A stretch of 55,747 nucleotides of DNA from an uncultured Ruminococcus sp. (GCA_902784805.1 CACZWD010000017.1:1-55747); one strand, 5' to 3'. Positions 29,629 to 38,938 are shown, counted from the stretch's first letter. Program-made: numbers and translations. The notes: a model not told the origin generated them from the letters alone.

Positions 29629-30816
29629 GTGAATTTATTGAAAAAATTTGCATTTTTTATGTTAATTATTTTAACCTTTTGTTGTATGATGTCATTTGCG
29701 GACGCTGATTTTATCTCGCCCGAAGGCGCGGTTGATGAGGACGGAACGCTTATAGCATATGAAGTCGGTGTTGACGGCGTGCTTTCGATACCTGCCGTTA
29801 TAAACGATGTTCAGGTTAAGAAGATTGCTGCTGACGTCTTTAAAGGGGCAAGTGTAGGCAGTGTGTATATCGGAGAAGGAATAGAAGAAATAGGAAACAG
29901 CGCTTTCTCGGCAAGTACGGCTGATTATGTCGATATTCCCGTAAGCGTTAAAAAAATCGGGGATTACGCTTTCAAAGATTGCGGTAATCTGACTTCTTTT
30001 TCCATATATTCGGACGATATTGTTTTCGGTAAGGAAGCTTTTTACGGGACAGGATATCTTCATATCGGAGTTCCCTGCACGGCAGACCTTTTAAGTCTTC
30101 ACGATAACATTATTGACGCTAAGGGTGATGAAGATTTTACATTTGATATTATGCATACCGCGCTTGTTCCGAGTATGGTAGAAAAAGATATGTTCGGGCA
30201 CAGTATGATTATCTGTAATGATTGCGGCTTTAAAGGAAGCGTTTATCTTGACAATGTTGTTTTACCGTTTGAAGATGTTTCAAACGATGCCTGGTATTAT
30301 CCTTATGTGTCAACAGCTTATGAATTTGGCATTTTAAAAGGTAAAAGCGAAACGGTTTTTGACCCGAACGCTAATATGACGCTTGCGGAAGCTGCGAAAA
30401 TAGCGGCTTGCATACATATGTATTTTACAGATGATGCTTATAATTTTGAGGCAGAAAGCGAAAAATGGTATGAGCCTTATGTGCAATATTGCTATGATAA
30501 TAAAATTGTTGATGTTCATGTTAGCTTTGACTGGGAAAAGACAGCAACAAGAAGCGAGATGGCTTATTTGTTTTCAAGAGCGGATACGGGCGAATATGAA
30601 CCGAATCCCGATGTACCGCTTACGGATATACCGGATGTAGATGATAAAACTTCGTTTGCCGAGAATATTCTCGCGCTTTACAGAAGGGGCATAGCAACAG
30701 GCAGCGACGAATATTATGCCTTTTGTCCGGACGCTTATGTTAAACGCTCGGAGGCAGCAGCTTTTATATCAAGAATTATCTGCTATGATATGAGAGTGGA
30801 TTTGCCGAAGGGTTAA
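29629..30816 (+). CDS. Secreted BspA-type leucine-rich repeat protein with three SLH domains
   Basis: Signal peptide. IGNSAF and IGDYAFKDC LRR_5 repeats. SLH motifs FEDV..DAWY, FDPNANMTLAEAA, ATRSEMA and VKRSEAAA. Confidence 0.88.
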   Translation: MNLLKKFAFFMLIILTFCCMMSFADADFISPEGAVDEDGTLIAYEVGVDGVLSIPAVINDVQVKKIAADVFKGASVGSVYIGEGIEEIGNSAFSASTADYVDIPVSVKKIGDYAFKDCGNLTSFSIYSDDIVFGKEAFYGTGYLHIGVPCTADLLSLHDNIIDAKGDEDFTFDIMHTALVPSMVEKDMFGHSMIICNDCGFKGSVYLDNVVLPFEDVSNDAWYYPYVSTAYEFGILKGKSETVFDPNANMTLAEAAKIAACIHMYFTDDAYNFEAESEKWYEPYVQYCYDNKIVDVHVSFDWEKTATRSEMAYLFSRADTGEYEPNPDVPLTDIPDVDDKTSFAENILALYRRGIATGSDEYYAFCPDAYVKRSEAAAFISRIICYDMRVDLPKG

Positions 30817-30849
30817 ATTATAATAAAAATAAAAAGAGGAGGATATTTT

Positions 30850-31731
30850 ATGGGTTTAGGAGATTTTTTTAAAAAAAAGTTTGGTAAGCAGATTTGTACG
30901 CTTTGCGGGAGTGAATGTGGAGTAATGCATCGCTCGAAAATTAAGGGCGGCGAATATGTTTGCAATATCTGTGAAAGGCAGTGCAGTAAATTTGTAAGAC
31001 TTTCGGAGCTTACAAAGCCGGAAGTAAGCGGTCATATCGAGTATATGAAGCGCCAAGAGAAGCTGTATAACGAATGTTTTGTGAATGCGAAAAGGGATAC
31101 ATATCCATCGGCATTTCATAATCAGGCAATATCGTTTGCCGATGAAATCGGAATGTTTGAGATTATGGACAGAAATACTTCACAGAACAAGGTTAATCAT
31201 GAGCTTTTCCGGTACGACCAGGTTTTGGGCTATGAGAGATATGTAGAAAAGGAAAAACCTACCGAGCCGGGCAAGCCTGAAATCTTTAAGGAAGCCGGTG
31301 TTAAAATACGTCTTGTTGGTATGCAGGACCATATCGAAAACGATATGGAAAAAGCAAATATGGGACTTCGTTCGCACCCTTACGTTAAAAGAGAAATTAA
31401 GGTTGTTTTCCATACAAAAGAGGGCGAAACGGATTATACTGATAACGCGGTTGCGCATTTTGACCATATTTTCGGTGTTCATGATAATGAAAGCGGCTTG
31501 TTCAGTCTTGGCATGAACAAAAAAGAAAAACGTGACCTTATGGCGGGTGTTGCGGCAGTCAAAACCGCAATGGCAGCCGTAAAGGTTGCAAAAGAGGGTG
31601 AAGAATCTCTTACAGAGGAAAAGAAAGCCGAAATTCAGAAGAATATGGAAGCTATGGAGGACGCCAAGACGGGCGGACTTGCAGAATATACAAGGCGTGC
31701 CGACGCGGCTGAAGAAAAAGCGTGGAATTAA
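30850..31731 (+). CDS. DUF4428-type Zn-ribbon protein
   Basis: N-terminal CTLCG...KIKGGEYVCNIC. GAGGAGG RBS. Confidence 0.75.
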   Translation: MGLGDFFKKKFGKQICTLCGSECGVMHRSKIKGGEYVCNICERQCSKFVRLSELTKPEVSGHIEYMKRQEKLYNECFVNAKRDTYPSAFHNQAISFADEIGMFEIMDRNTSQNKVNHELFRYDQVLGYERYVEKEKPTEPGKPEIFKEAGVKIRLVGMQDHIENDMEKANMGLRSHPYVKREIKVVFHTKEGETDYTDNAVAHFDHIFGVHDNESGLFSLGMNKKEKRDLMAGVAAVKTAMAAVKVAKEGEESLTEEKKAEIQKNMEAMEDAKTGGLAEYTRRADAAEEKAWN

Positions 31732-31751
31732 CAAAAAGGAGAAAAAGAAAA

Positions 31752-32360
31752 ATGAAAAAATTATTGGCACTTTTATTGTTGGGCGTGATGATATTTTCAC
31801 TTGCGGCATGCGGCGAAAAAACAGATGTTTCAAATGACGGACCGAACAGCACTGTAAGCGAAGACGACGAAGATGTTGTAAAGGAAATCAAGATGGTTTA
31901 CGGCGACGATGAAACACCGATTACACTTCATAAGCCGAAAAACGCGTCGTTTACATTAGGCGCCGACAATCCCGAAGACGCCGGAGACCTTGTTGGACTT
32001 TCAGCCGACGACTATTCCTGGGACGCAGAAGTTATGGGATATAAAAACTATGGCGATATCGGAAGCAACGAGCCTTTTGTTGAATATTATTTCCTTGGCA
32101 AAGTTGTATCTGAGGATTACGAATCATATAATGAAGAAGCTGTCGAGCTTGGTATAAGCTACGAGGGTAAACCCGTAAAAGCTATCAGATACACATATAA
32201 AACAACCGATGATGACGAGGAATATTCGGAGTGTTTTGTAGGTTTTGAGTATGAAGGCAGTGATGACAGCGGTCTTATGGGAATTAAAATAGGCGATTTT
32301 GACGAGGACCTTTCGGACAGTGAGCTTAAAGAATTGTTCAGTGAGCTTTTTGGACTTTAA
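31752..32360 (+). CDS. Acidic lipoprotein of unknown function
   Basis: MKKLLALLLLGVMIFSLAAC lipobox. Asp/Glu-rich mature region. Confidence 0.85.
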   Translation: MKKLLALLLLGVMIFSLAACGEKTDVSNDGPNSTVSEDDEDVVKEIKMVYGDDETPITLHKPKNASFTLGADNPEDAGDLVGLSADDYSWDAEVMGYKNYGDIGSNEPFVEYYFLGKVVSEDYESYNEEAVELGISYEGKPVKAIRYTYKTTDDDEEYSECFVGFEYEGSDDSGLMGIKIGDFDEDLSDSELKELFSELFGL

Positions 32361-32428
32361 AATTAATAATAATACGGGAAAAGAAAATTTATGAAAAAAT
32401 ATCCCGAATAAACGAATAAAATTAAAGG

Positions 32429-32464
32429 CGGGCGGCACAGTTTTCTTTGAAACCGTGCCGCCCG
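32429..32464. terminator. Hairpin between convergent genes
   Basis: CGGGCGGCAC...GTGCCGCCCG. Confidence 0.7.
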
Positions 32465-32481
32465 ATTATATATACCGAAAG

Positions 32482-32886
32482 TTACATAAGTATTCCGGCT
32501 TTTTTTAACACATCAAGCGCAAGATTGTTGTTTTCAACACGAAGAACAATGCAGGCACTGCCTTTTTCACGGGAGAAGAAGGCGTAAGAGTATTTAATGC
32601 TTATGTTATTTTCGGCAAGCACGGAAAGAATATTCGTAAGACTTCCCGGCGTATCGGGTACGGTCACCGAAAGAACGGTGATAAGCTTGCAGGGAAAATT
32701 GTTTGCCTGCAAAAGCATTGCTGTATCGTCCGGTCGGTCAACAATTATACGGAGTATGCCGTAATCCTGTGTTTCGGCAATAGAAAGTGCCTGAATATCA
32801 ATGTTTTCATCAGCGAGAAGTTTGATAAACTCGGCAAGCTTTCCTGATTTGTTTTCAAGAAATACGGATATCTGGTTTATAAACAT
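32482..32886 (-). CDS. Double ACT-domain protein
   Basis: QISVFLENKSGKL...DYGILRIIVD and VPDTPGSL motifs. Typical partner of paaK. Confidence 0.92.
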   Translation of the reverse strand: MFINQISVFLENKSGKLAEFIKLLADENIDIQALSIAETQDYGILRIIVDRPDDTAMLLQANNFPCKLITVLSVTVPDTPGSLTNILSVLAENNISIKYSYAFFSREKGSACIVLRVENNNLALDVLKKAGILM

Positions 32887-32903
32887 AATTTTTCCTCCTT
32901 TTT

Positions 32904-34205
32904 TTAATAAAGCTTACGGTTATCGATTACACGTACCGCTTTTCCTTCGCTTCTTGTAATGGATTTGGGTGAAACAAGATGAACCTTCGCTGTAATGCCG
33001 AGCATCGCACGAAGAGCCTCAACAAGCTTTTTTTCCATGGCGGAAATATCCGAAAGACTGTCGGTGAAAAGTCCTGTCGGCATTTCAACGTTAATGTCAA
33101 GAGTATCGGTGTTGTTTACACGGTCAACAACAATCTGATAGTTTGCGCTCATTCCGTTGTTTAAAAGGACGGTTTCAATCTGTGACGGGAACACATTTAC
33201 CCCTCTTATAATGAGCATATCATCAGAACGTCCCATCGGTTTTGACATACGTACATGTGTACGTCCGCAGGAACAGGGTGCGTCATTTAAAACGCATATG
33301 TCACGGGTGCGGTAACGAATCATCGGGAAAGCTTCTTTTGTTATAGCCGTAAACACAAGCTCGCCCTTTTGTCCGTGCGGTAAAACTTCTTCGGTTACGG
33401 GGTCAATAATTTCGGCAATGAAATGGTCTTCGTTTATATGCATACCTTTTTGCTCTTCACACTCAAAAGCAACGCCGGGACCGGAAAGCTCTGTTAAGCC
33501 GTATATATCGTACGCTTTAATGCCGAGCTTGTCCTCAATATCGTGACGCATTTCCTCCGTCCATGCTTCAGCGCCGAATATACCGGCTTTAAGCTTTATT
33601 TTATCACGGGCGCCAGTTTCTGCCGCGCTTTCGGCAAGATAAGCCGCGTAGGATGGAGTGCAGCAAAGAATAGTTGCTCCAAGGTCTGTCATAAATTGGA
33701 GCTGGCGCTCCGTATTACCCGAAGACATAGGAAGCGTAAGACTGCCGACTTTTTGTGAGCCGCCGTTAAGACCGAAGCCGCCCGTGAACAGCCCGTAACC
33801 GTAAGCAACCTGCACAACATCTTCGTTGCTTCCGCCCGCGGCGGTAATGGCTCTTGCGCAGCAATCGTCCCAAAGGTCAATATCGTTTTGAGTATAAAAA
33901 GCGACAACACGCTTGCCTGTTGTTCCCGATGTTGAGTGAATCCTTACACATTCCGACAAAGGCTTTGCCAGAAGTCCGTAGGGATAAGCTTCACGCAAAT
34001 CGCTTTTGCTTAAAAAAGGGAGCTTATGTAAATCCTCTACGCCACGAATATCATCGGGAGTAACTCCTTTTTCCTTCATTTTTTCACGGTAGTAAGGCAC
34101 ATTGTCATATACACGACGTATCTGCTTTACAAGCCGTTCGCTTTGAAGAGCATTAAGCTCATCGCGGCTCATTGTTTCAATTTCCGGTTGGTAATAACGT
34201 TTCAA
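32904..34205 (-). CDS. paaK: Phenylacetate--CoA ligase
   Basis: HSTSGTTGK, YGLFTGGFG, DIYGLTE, RYRTRD and GRSDDMLIIRGVNVFPSQIE motifs. TTG start. Confidence 0.95.
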   Translation of the reverse strand: MKRYYQPEIETMSRDELNALQSERLVKQIRRVYDNVPYYREKMKEKGVTPDDIRGVEDLHKLPFLSKSDLREAYPYGLLAKPLSECVRIHSTSGTTGKRVVAFYTQNDIDLWDDCCARAITAAGGSNEDVVQVAYGYGLFTGGFGLNGGSQKVGSLTLPMSSGNTERQLQFMTDLGATILCCTPSYAAYLAESAAETGARDKIKLKAGIFGAEAWTEEMRHDIEDKLGIKAYDIYGLTELSGPGVAFECEEQKGMHINEDHFIAEIIDPVTEEVLPHGQKGELVFTAITKEAFPMIRYRTRDICVLNDAPCSCGRTHVRMSKPMGRSDDMLIIRGVNVFPSQIETVLLNNGMSANYQIVVDRVNNTDTLDINVEMPTGLFTDSLSDISAMEKKLVEALRAMLGITAKVHLVSPKSITRSEGKAVRVIDNRKLY

Positions 34206-34234
34206 TTTTCGTCACCGCTTTCAAAAAAATTAAT

Positions 34235-34286
34235 AAAAAAAACATCCACTTCTGATTTTTCCTCACGAAAAACAGCGGTGGATGTT
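34235..34286 (-). terminator. Attenuator terminator in the paaK leader
   Basis: Minus strand AACATCCAC-(CG-CTG-TTTTTC-GTGAG-GAAAAA-T-CAG-AA)-GTGGATGTT then a T-run, ending 30 nt before the paaK start. Confidence 0.8.
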
Positions 34287-34297
34287 GATTTACCGTT

Positions 34298-34381
34298 TTA
34301 AGCCCGTTTTGGAACAAGGCGGTAAAGCATACGATCCATCGCAACCGTAAAGACAAAATAAAAAGAAAATATTCGTTTCAC
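34298..34381 (-). CDS. Putative Phe-rich leader peptide MKRIFSFYFVFTVAMDRMLYRLVPKRA
   Basis: GTG start after GGAAAGGCAGGAAAG. Four TTT (Phe) codons and one Tyr codon within codons 5-11. Lies between the promoter and the terminator. Confidence 0.65.
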   Translation of the reverse strand: MKRIFSFYFVFTVAMDRMLYRLVPKRA

Positions 34382-34420
34382 TTAAGCTTTCCTGCCTTTC
34401 CAAAAAAAATTATATGTTTA

Positions 34421-34449
34421 ATTATACATTATTGTGCATAAAAAGTCAA
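34421..34449 (-). promoter_or_regulatory. Sigma-A promoter for leader-paaK-ACT
   Basis: TTGACT (34449-34444), 17 nt, TATAAT (34426-34421). Confidence 0.85.
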
Positions 34450-34574
34450 GAGTTTTTACAAATTTTTTTAAATTTTTAGAAAAATTTATATTATCAGCGA
34501 TTACGAATTTCCGAAGGAAACAAAAGCAAAATATCCAAATACAATATTTGAATATGTCACCGATAACTAAATAT

Positions 34575-35108
34575 TTATCCTCCAAAAAATAATCCCGAAA
34601 ATAATATGGCGCAAATAACGCCCGTTATATTCGCGAGAAGCGCGCCCAAAACGGTTTTGCCGTTGTCCTTTATTCCTGCCGCTCCGAAAAAAAGCGCAAT
34701 CGTGTAAAAAGTTGTTTCGGTAGCCCCCATAATAACCGAGGCAAGCCTTCCCGCATAACTGTCCGGACCAAAGGCGTTTAAAATATCTGCGGTTATTCCG
34801 AGTGAAGCGCTGCCCGAAATGGGGCGAAGCAAAACAAGAGGCAGAATTTCCGCCGGAAGCCCCAGAAATTTTAAAAGCGGCGCCGCAAAATTTCCTATAA
34901 GCTCAAAGCTGCCGCAGGCGCGCATCATATTAACCGCCATCATAAGTCCTATTATGGAAGGAAGGATTTTCAGCGTTATTTTTATACCTTCTTCGGCACC
35001 CGCAGAAAAAAGTTCGTAAACTTCCTCCTTAGAGCAAAGTCCCGCAACAAGTACAGCGGTTATTACAAACGGAATAATATAATCCGAAATATTTTGTAAA
35101 ACAGTCAT
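34575..35108 (-). CDS. spmB: Spore maturation protein B
   Basis: LVLLRPISGSAS, GPDSYAG and GATETTFYT motifs. Confidence 0.95.
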   Translation of the reverse strand: MTVLQNISDYIIPFVITAVLVAGLCSKEEVYELFSAGAEEGIKITLKILPSIIGLMMAVNMMRACGSFELIGNFAAPLLKFLGLPAEILPLVLLRPISGSASLGITADILNAFGPDSYAGRLASVIMGATETTFYTIALFFGAAGIKDNGKTVLGALLANITGVICAILFSGLFFGG

Positions 35109-35123
35109 AATTACACACTTTCT

Positions 35124-35699
35124 TTAAATTCTATTGCTTTTTTTGAAAGAAATTTTTGAGTATATTACGGCAACAGTAAGTGAACAGAGTGAAGCGCACC
35201 AAATGGGCAATATTATTTCAGCCGCGTTTTCGGAACCCGCAGCGGAACGCATAGCGATAACCGTTGAGGGGATCAGCTGAACAGAAACAGTATTTATAAG
35301 AGTAAAAGTAAAAATATCATTTTCAAGCCGTCCGTCCGATTCTTTCCGGAGTTTGTTTATCGCAGTAAGCGCCGCCGGTGTTGCGGCGTTTCCCATACCG
35401 AGAAGATTCGCGCTTATATTCATAATTATTGCTTTTCCCGCCTCGCTGTCAGGTTTAACATTTTTAAACAGAAAACGCGTTACAGGCTTTAAAAAGTATG
35501 AAACAGCGGCTATTACGCCGCTCTTTTCGGCAATTTTCATTATTCCGTTCCACATACAAATAACACCCAGCAGGCTTATACACATTGTCACAGCGTCCGA
35601 AGCTCCCTCAAGAGCGCTCTGTGCGGTTATGGAAAGTCTGTCCGTAAAAACAGATATGATAAATGAAAAAATTATCATATAACTCCAAAGCTTTGACAT
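35124..35699 (-). CDS. spmA: Spore maturation protein A
   Basis: WNGIMKIAE, ANLLGMGNAATP and SVQLIPSTVIA motifs. Confidence 0.95.
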   Translation of the reverse strand: MSKLWSYMIIFSFIISVFTDRLSITAQSALEGASDAVTMCISLLGVICMWNGIMKIAEKSGVIAAVSYFLKPVTRFLFKNVKPDSEAGKAIIMNISANLLGMGNAATPAALTAINKLRKESDGRLENDIFTFTLINTVSVQLIPSTVIAMRSAAGSENAAEIILPIWCASLCSLTVAVIYSKISFKKSNRI

Positions 35700-35829
35700 T
35701 TTTTTCTCCCCTTTAAACTAAATATAATTGACATTTTTATTTATATGTGCTATAATAAAGCGGTAGAATATTATTTTTCAGGTAAATTTTTATTGTGCCG
35801 TTTGTTTTTGGCGGCGGATTGGAGTTCGT

Positions 35830-36231
35830 ATGACATTTACCGGTATAGTACGTCGGGTAGATAGGCTCGGCAGGATAGTTTTGCCAAAAAAATTAAGGTT
35901 GGCGCTCGGGCTTAAAGAACTTACCGACCCGATAGAAATTTATTTAAACGGCAATGATATTGTCCTTAAAAAATTTACGGAAAACATGTCGGTTTTGGGC
36001 GATTTACGCTGCCTTGACAGCTTTGGCAGAATTGTAATTCCCATTGCTGTCAGAGAATTTTTGGGGATTGAATCACAGAGAGATTCTCTTGAAATTTACT
36101 GCGAAGAAAATAATATTATCTTGAGAAAATTTGAGCCTGTATGTATTTTTTGCGGTGAAAGCGAACATCTTACAAGCTTTAAAGGCAAAAAAATATGCAG
36201 CACATGTTTGAACGAGCTTAAACGAGCTTAA
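35830..36231 (+). CDS. AbrB family regulator with two tandem AbrB domains and a C-terminal CxxC...CxxC
   Basis: GIVRRVDRLGRIVLP and RCLDSFGRIVIP repeats, then CIFC...CSTC. Consensus promoter TTGACA-17-TATAAT at 35728-35756. Confidence 0.88.
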   Translation: MTFTGIVRRVDRLGRIVLPKKLRLALGLKELTDPIEIYLNGNDIVLKKFTENMSVLGDLRCLDSFGRIVIPIAVREFLGIESQRDSLEIYCEENNIILRKFEPVCIFCGESEHLTSFKGKKICSTCLNELKRA

Positions 36232-36309
36232 AAGATAATTTTGGTATTTTTTCCTTTTGTTCCGGATATAATATAGTATAAATTTCCGCACGAAAGGAAG
36301 TAAACCGAA

Positions 36310-36576
36310 ATGACAAAAATGTTTTCTCAAACAAAAAAACTTTTTACGGGTGAGCTTAAAGGTGAGATAAGTGATGAAAAGCAGCTTACGGAGCTTATGC
36401 GGCTTACACGTGAGGAGCTTTTGAGAATTGAACGCAACTATAAAGAGGTTACAGATGAGGATTTGCTTGACTATTTTATGTATTGCCGCCTTGCGGCACA
36501 GCAAAAATATAATTACCTCATAAAGCAATATAGGGCGCATGGTCTGAAAGTTGACGAGCAAAAGGAATGTGTCTGA
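36310..36576 (+). CDS. YaaL/DUF2508 family protein
   Basis: VTDEDLLDYFMY...AAQQKYNYLIK motif. Confidence 0.85.
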   Translation: MTKMFSQTKKLFTGELKGEISDEKQLTELMRLTREELLRIERNYKEVTDEDLLDYFMYCRLAAQQKYNYLIKQYRAHGLKVDEQKECV

Positions 36577-36621
36577 AGCATCTGTCGGTTTTTTATAAGG
36601 TTTGCGGGCGTAATGCCCGCT

Positions 36622-36860
36622 CAGCATGATGACAAAGTCATCATGCTGAGCAGAGGCTGAAAAACGAAGGTATATTTTGTCCTTTAAATCTCGTCGGCGT
36701 ACATAGGTACGGTAGAGGTTTAAAGGGCGGAAAGCAAGCGGCGGCGAAATTTTCTGTAAAACCGTGCCGTTTATATACAGCTAAGCGAAAAATCAATAGA
36801 ATTTTTTATTCTCCAAAATAATAAATATGCTTGCGTTAGACCGAGTTTGTCAGCACTCTG
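36622..36860. mobile_element. MITE-like element copy 1 (239 bp)
   Basis: Ends CAGCATGATGACAAAG...GTTTGTCAGCACTCTG. Flanked by a 19-bp direct repeat TGCGGGCGTAATGCCCGCT (36603-36621, 36861-36879). Homologous to copies 2 and 3 in the opposite orientation. Confidence 0.85.
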
Positions 36861-36913
36861 TGCGGGCGTAATGCCCGCTTTTTTATACATAAGATGAAAA
36901 GGAGGTAAGCGAA

Positions 36914-37939
36914 TTGAACAAATATATATTTGACGAGCCGGAAGATTATATTAAGCTTTCATCACGGTTTATTGAAAAATATTTGCCGCAGGCAGACGGA
37001 ACCTTTGTAAAAATATATCTGCTCGGCATAAAACAATGCGGCGAAAATACAGCGCTTACCTTTTCGGGTATTGCCGCGGCGCTGGGCGTGCTTGAATCAG
37101 ATGTTTTAAGAGCGTGGAAATATTGGGAATCAAAAGGCGTTATAAAGCTGGAAGGCGCCGCGGACGGCGATTTTACCGTAACTTTTCTTTCTCCCGACGA
37201 ACCGCTTAACAGAACATTTCCCGTCATTACGCCGCAAAAACCGAGTTATTCCGCATCGGAAATATCAAAATACGCGAGTGACCATGAGGAAATGAGAGAC
37301 CTTTTAAGACATTGCGAAAAAACTCTCGGAAAAACTCTCAGCTCCAACGACCAGTCAACCGTTTTCAGCTTTCATGATTGGCTGGGGCTTCCGGTTGACG
37401 TCATAACCGTACTGATTACATATTGCGCCTCCGTAAACAAAAAAAGTATGCGTTCTATTGAGCTTATGGCAATAAATTGGAGCGAAATGGAAATAAATTC
37501 ACTTGAAAAAGCGGAACAGTACCTTACCGTTTTGCAGGAAAACAACTCAAAAATAAACAGCTATAAAAGGGCAATCGGTATTTTTGGCAGAGTGCTTACG
37601 AAAGCCGAGCTCGACTATCTTTCCGCCTGGGCATATAAGCTTGCTTCGCCTACCGAGCTTGTTAAGCTTGCGGCAGAAATAACAGCTTTGAACACGGGTA
37701 AAACTTCGCTTCCTTATATGAACACAATGCTTACCGAATGGCACGGTAAAGGCATAAAAACAGCCGCCGAAGCAAGAAAAATGCGAAATGAGTTTAAAAA
37801 CAAAACGGTAAGCGCCGCAAAAACTTCTTCCGCGAAAAACAAATTTTCCGATTATTCACTCAAAACAACCTATGACTACGACGCTATTGAGCAGGCGGCG
37901 TTGAATTTTACAAAGGACAAGCCGGGAGATAATAAATAA
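36914..37939 (+). CDS. DnaD/DnaB-like replication protein
   Basis: FIEKYLPQADGTFVKIYL, DVLRAWKYW and two DnaB_2-like C-terminal domains (YMNTMLTEW). Confidence 0.88.
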   Translation: MNKYIFDEPEDYIKLSSRFIEKYLPQADGTFVKIYLLGIKQCGENTALTFSGIAAALGVLESDVLRAWKYWESKGVIKLEGAADGDFTVTFLSPDEPLNRTFPVITPQKPSYSASEISKYASDHEEMRDLLRHCEKTLGKTLSSNDQSTVFSFHDWLGLPVDVITVLITYCASVNKKSMRSIELMAINWSEMEINSLEKAEQYLTVLQENNSKINSYKRAIGIFGRVLTKAELDYLSAWAYKLASPTELVKLAAEITALNTGKTSLPYMNTMLTEWHGKGIKTAAEARKMRNEFKNKTVSAAKTSSAKNKFSDYSLKTTYDYDAIEQAALNFTKDKPGDNK

Positions 37940-37960
37940 AATCTTTTTTAAAAGAAAGGT

Positions 37961-38938
37961 ATGGTTGTAAAAATGAGTTTTTCAAAACAGGCTTACGAAT
38001 ATTCCGAAAACATATTATCCGAATATCGCAGACAAGCAGCGGAGCTTGCCGTAAAGCGAACGGAGGAAATTTATACCGAAATACCCGAAATAAAAGAAAT
38101 TGACGACCGCATGGCAGAGCTTGGCGCAGAAATGGCGAGGACGGCAATTAAAGGCGACCCCGAAAAAATAATTGAGAAAAATTCCGCTAAGCTTGCGGAG
38201 CTTAAAAGTAAAAAAGATGAGGTTCTTAAAAATCACGGTTTCCCTTCGGATTATATGACAAACGTTCACCGCTGCGGGCTTTGCGGCGATACGGGTTATG
38301 TGGACGGTGTTCTTTGTGACTGCCGCAAAAAAATAATGTCCGTTTATGACCTTGCGGAGCTTAATCTCCCTGATAATTGCGGTTTTGATAATTTCAGGCT
38401 TGATTTATACAGCGATGAATATGATGAGCATTATAAATGCTCGCCGCGCAGCCATATGAAGCACATATTTGAATATTGCAAAAGCTATGCGGAGGATTTT
38501 TCGGAAAATTCCGAAAATATACTTATGTACGGCAAAGTCGGGCTCGGAAAAACCTTTCTTTGCGGCTGTATAGCGTCAGAACTCGCGAAAAAAGGTTTTA
38601 GTGTCGTGTTTAAATCGGCATATGATATTTTTGAAATAATATCAAAAAACAAATTCAACTATAAGACCGATTATTCGGAGGATATAGACAGGCTTTACAG
38701 CTGCGACCTTCTCATAATGGACGACCTCGGAACGGAATTTTTGACGGAATATACTCATACGGCGCTTTTTGATATAATAGAGCGCAGGCTTGTGTCGAAA
38801 AGACCGACTGTAATCAATTTTAATCTTGCGCCGAAAGACGTTGAAACAAGATATTCCGACAGAATAATGTCGAGGCTTCTGACGTTCAGACATTTGCTTT
38901 TTCTTGGGGACGATATAAGAGCGAGAACGCTCAGGTAA
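37961..38938 (+). CDS. DnaC/DnaI-like helicase-loader ATPase
   Basis: CxxC.DTGY...C.C Zn motif, Walker A GKVGLGKT, Walker B LLIMDDLGTE and YSDRIMSRL. Confidence 0.9.
   Translation: MVVKMSFSKQAYEYSENILSEYRRQAAELAVKRTEEIYTEIPEIKEIDDRMAELGAEMARTAIKGDPEKIIEKNSAKLAELKSKKDEVLKNHGFPSDYMTNVHRCGLCGDTGYVDGVLCDCRKKIMSVYDLAELNLPDNCGFDNFRLDLYSDEYDEHYKCSPRSHMKHIFEYCKSYAEDFSENSENILMYGKVGLGKTFLCGCIASELAKKGFSVVFKSAYDIFEIISKNKFNYKTDYSEDIDRLYSCDLLIMDDLGTEFLTEYTHTALFDIIERRLVSKRPTVINFNLAPKDVETRYSDRIMSRLLTFRHLLFLGDDIRARTLR

Noticed and set aside
34206-34420. T-box riboswitch upstream of paaK
   Set aside because: No AAGGTGGTACC-like T-box sequence or Stem I motifs are visible. A leader-peptide model fits better.
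36914-38938. DnaD/DnaC pair as a prophage or IS21 (IstB) module
   Set aside because: There are no phage, integrase or IstA genes. This gene pair is a normal chromosomal feature of Clostridia.
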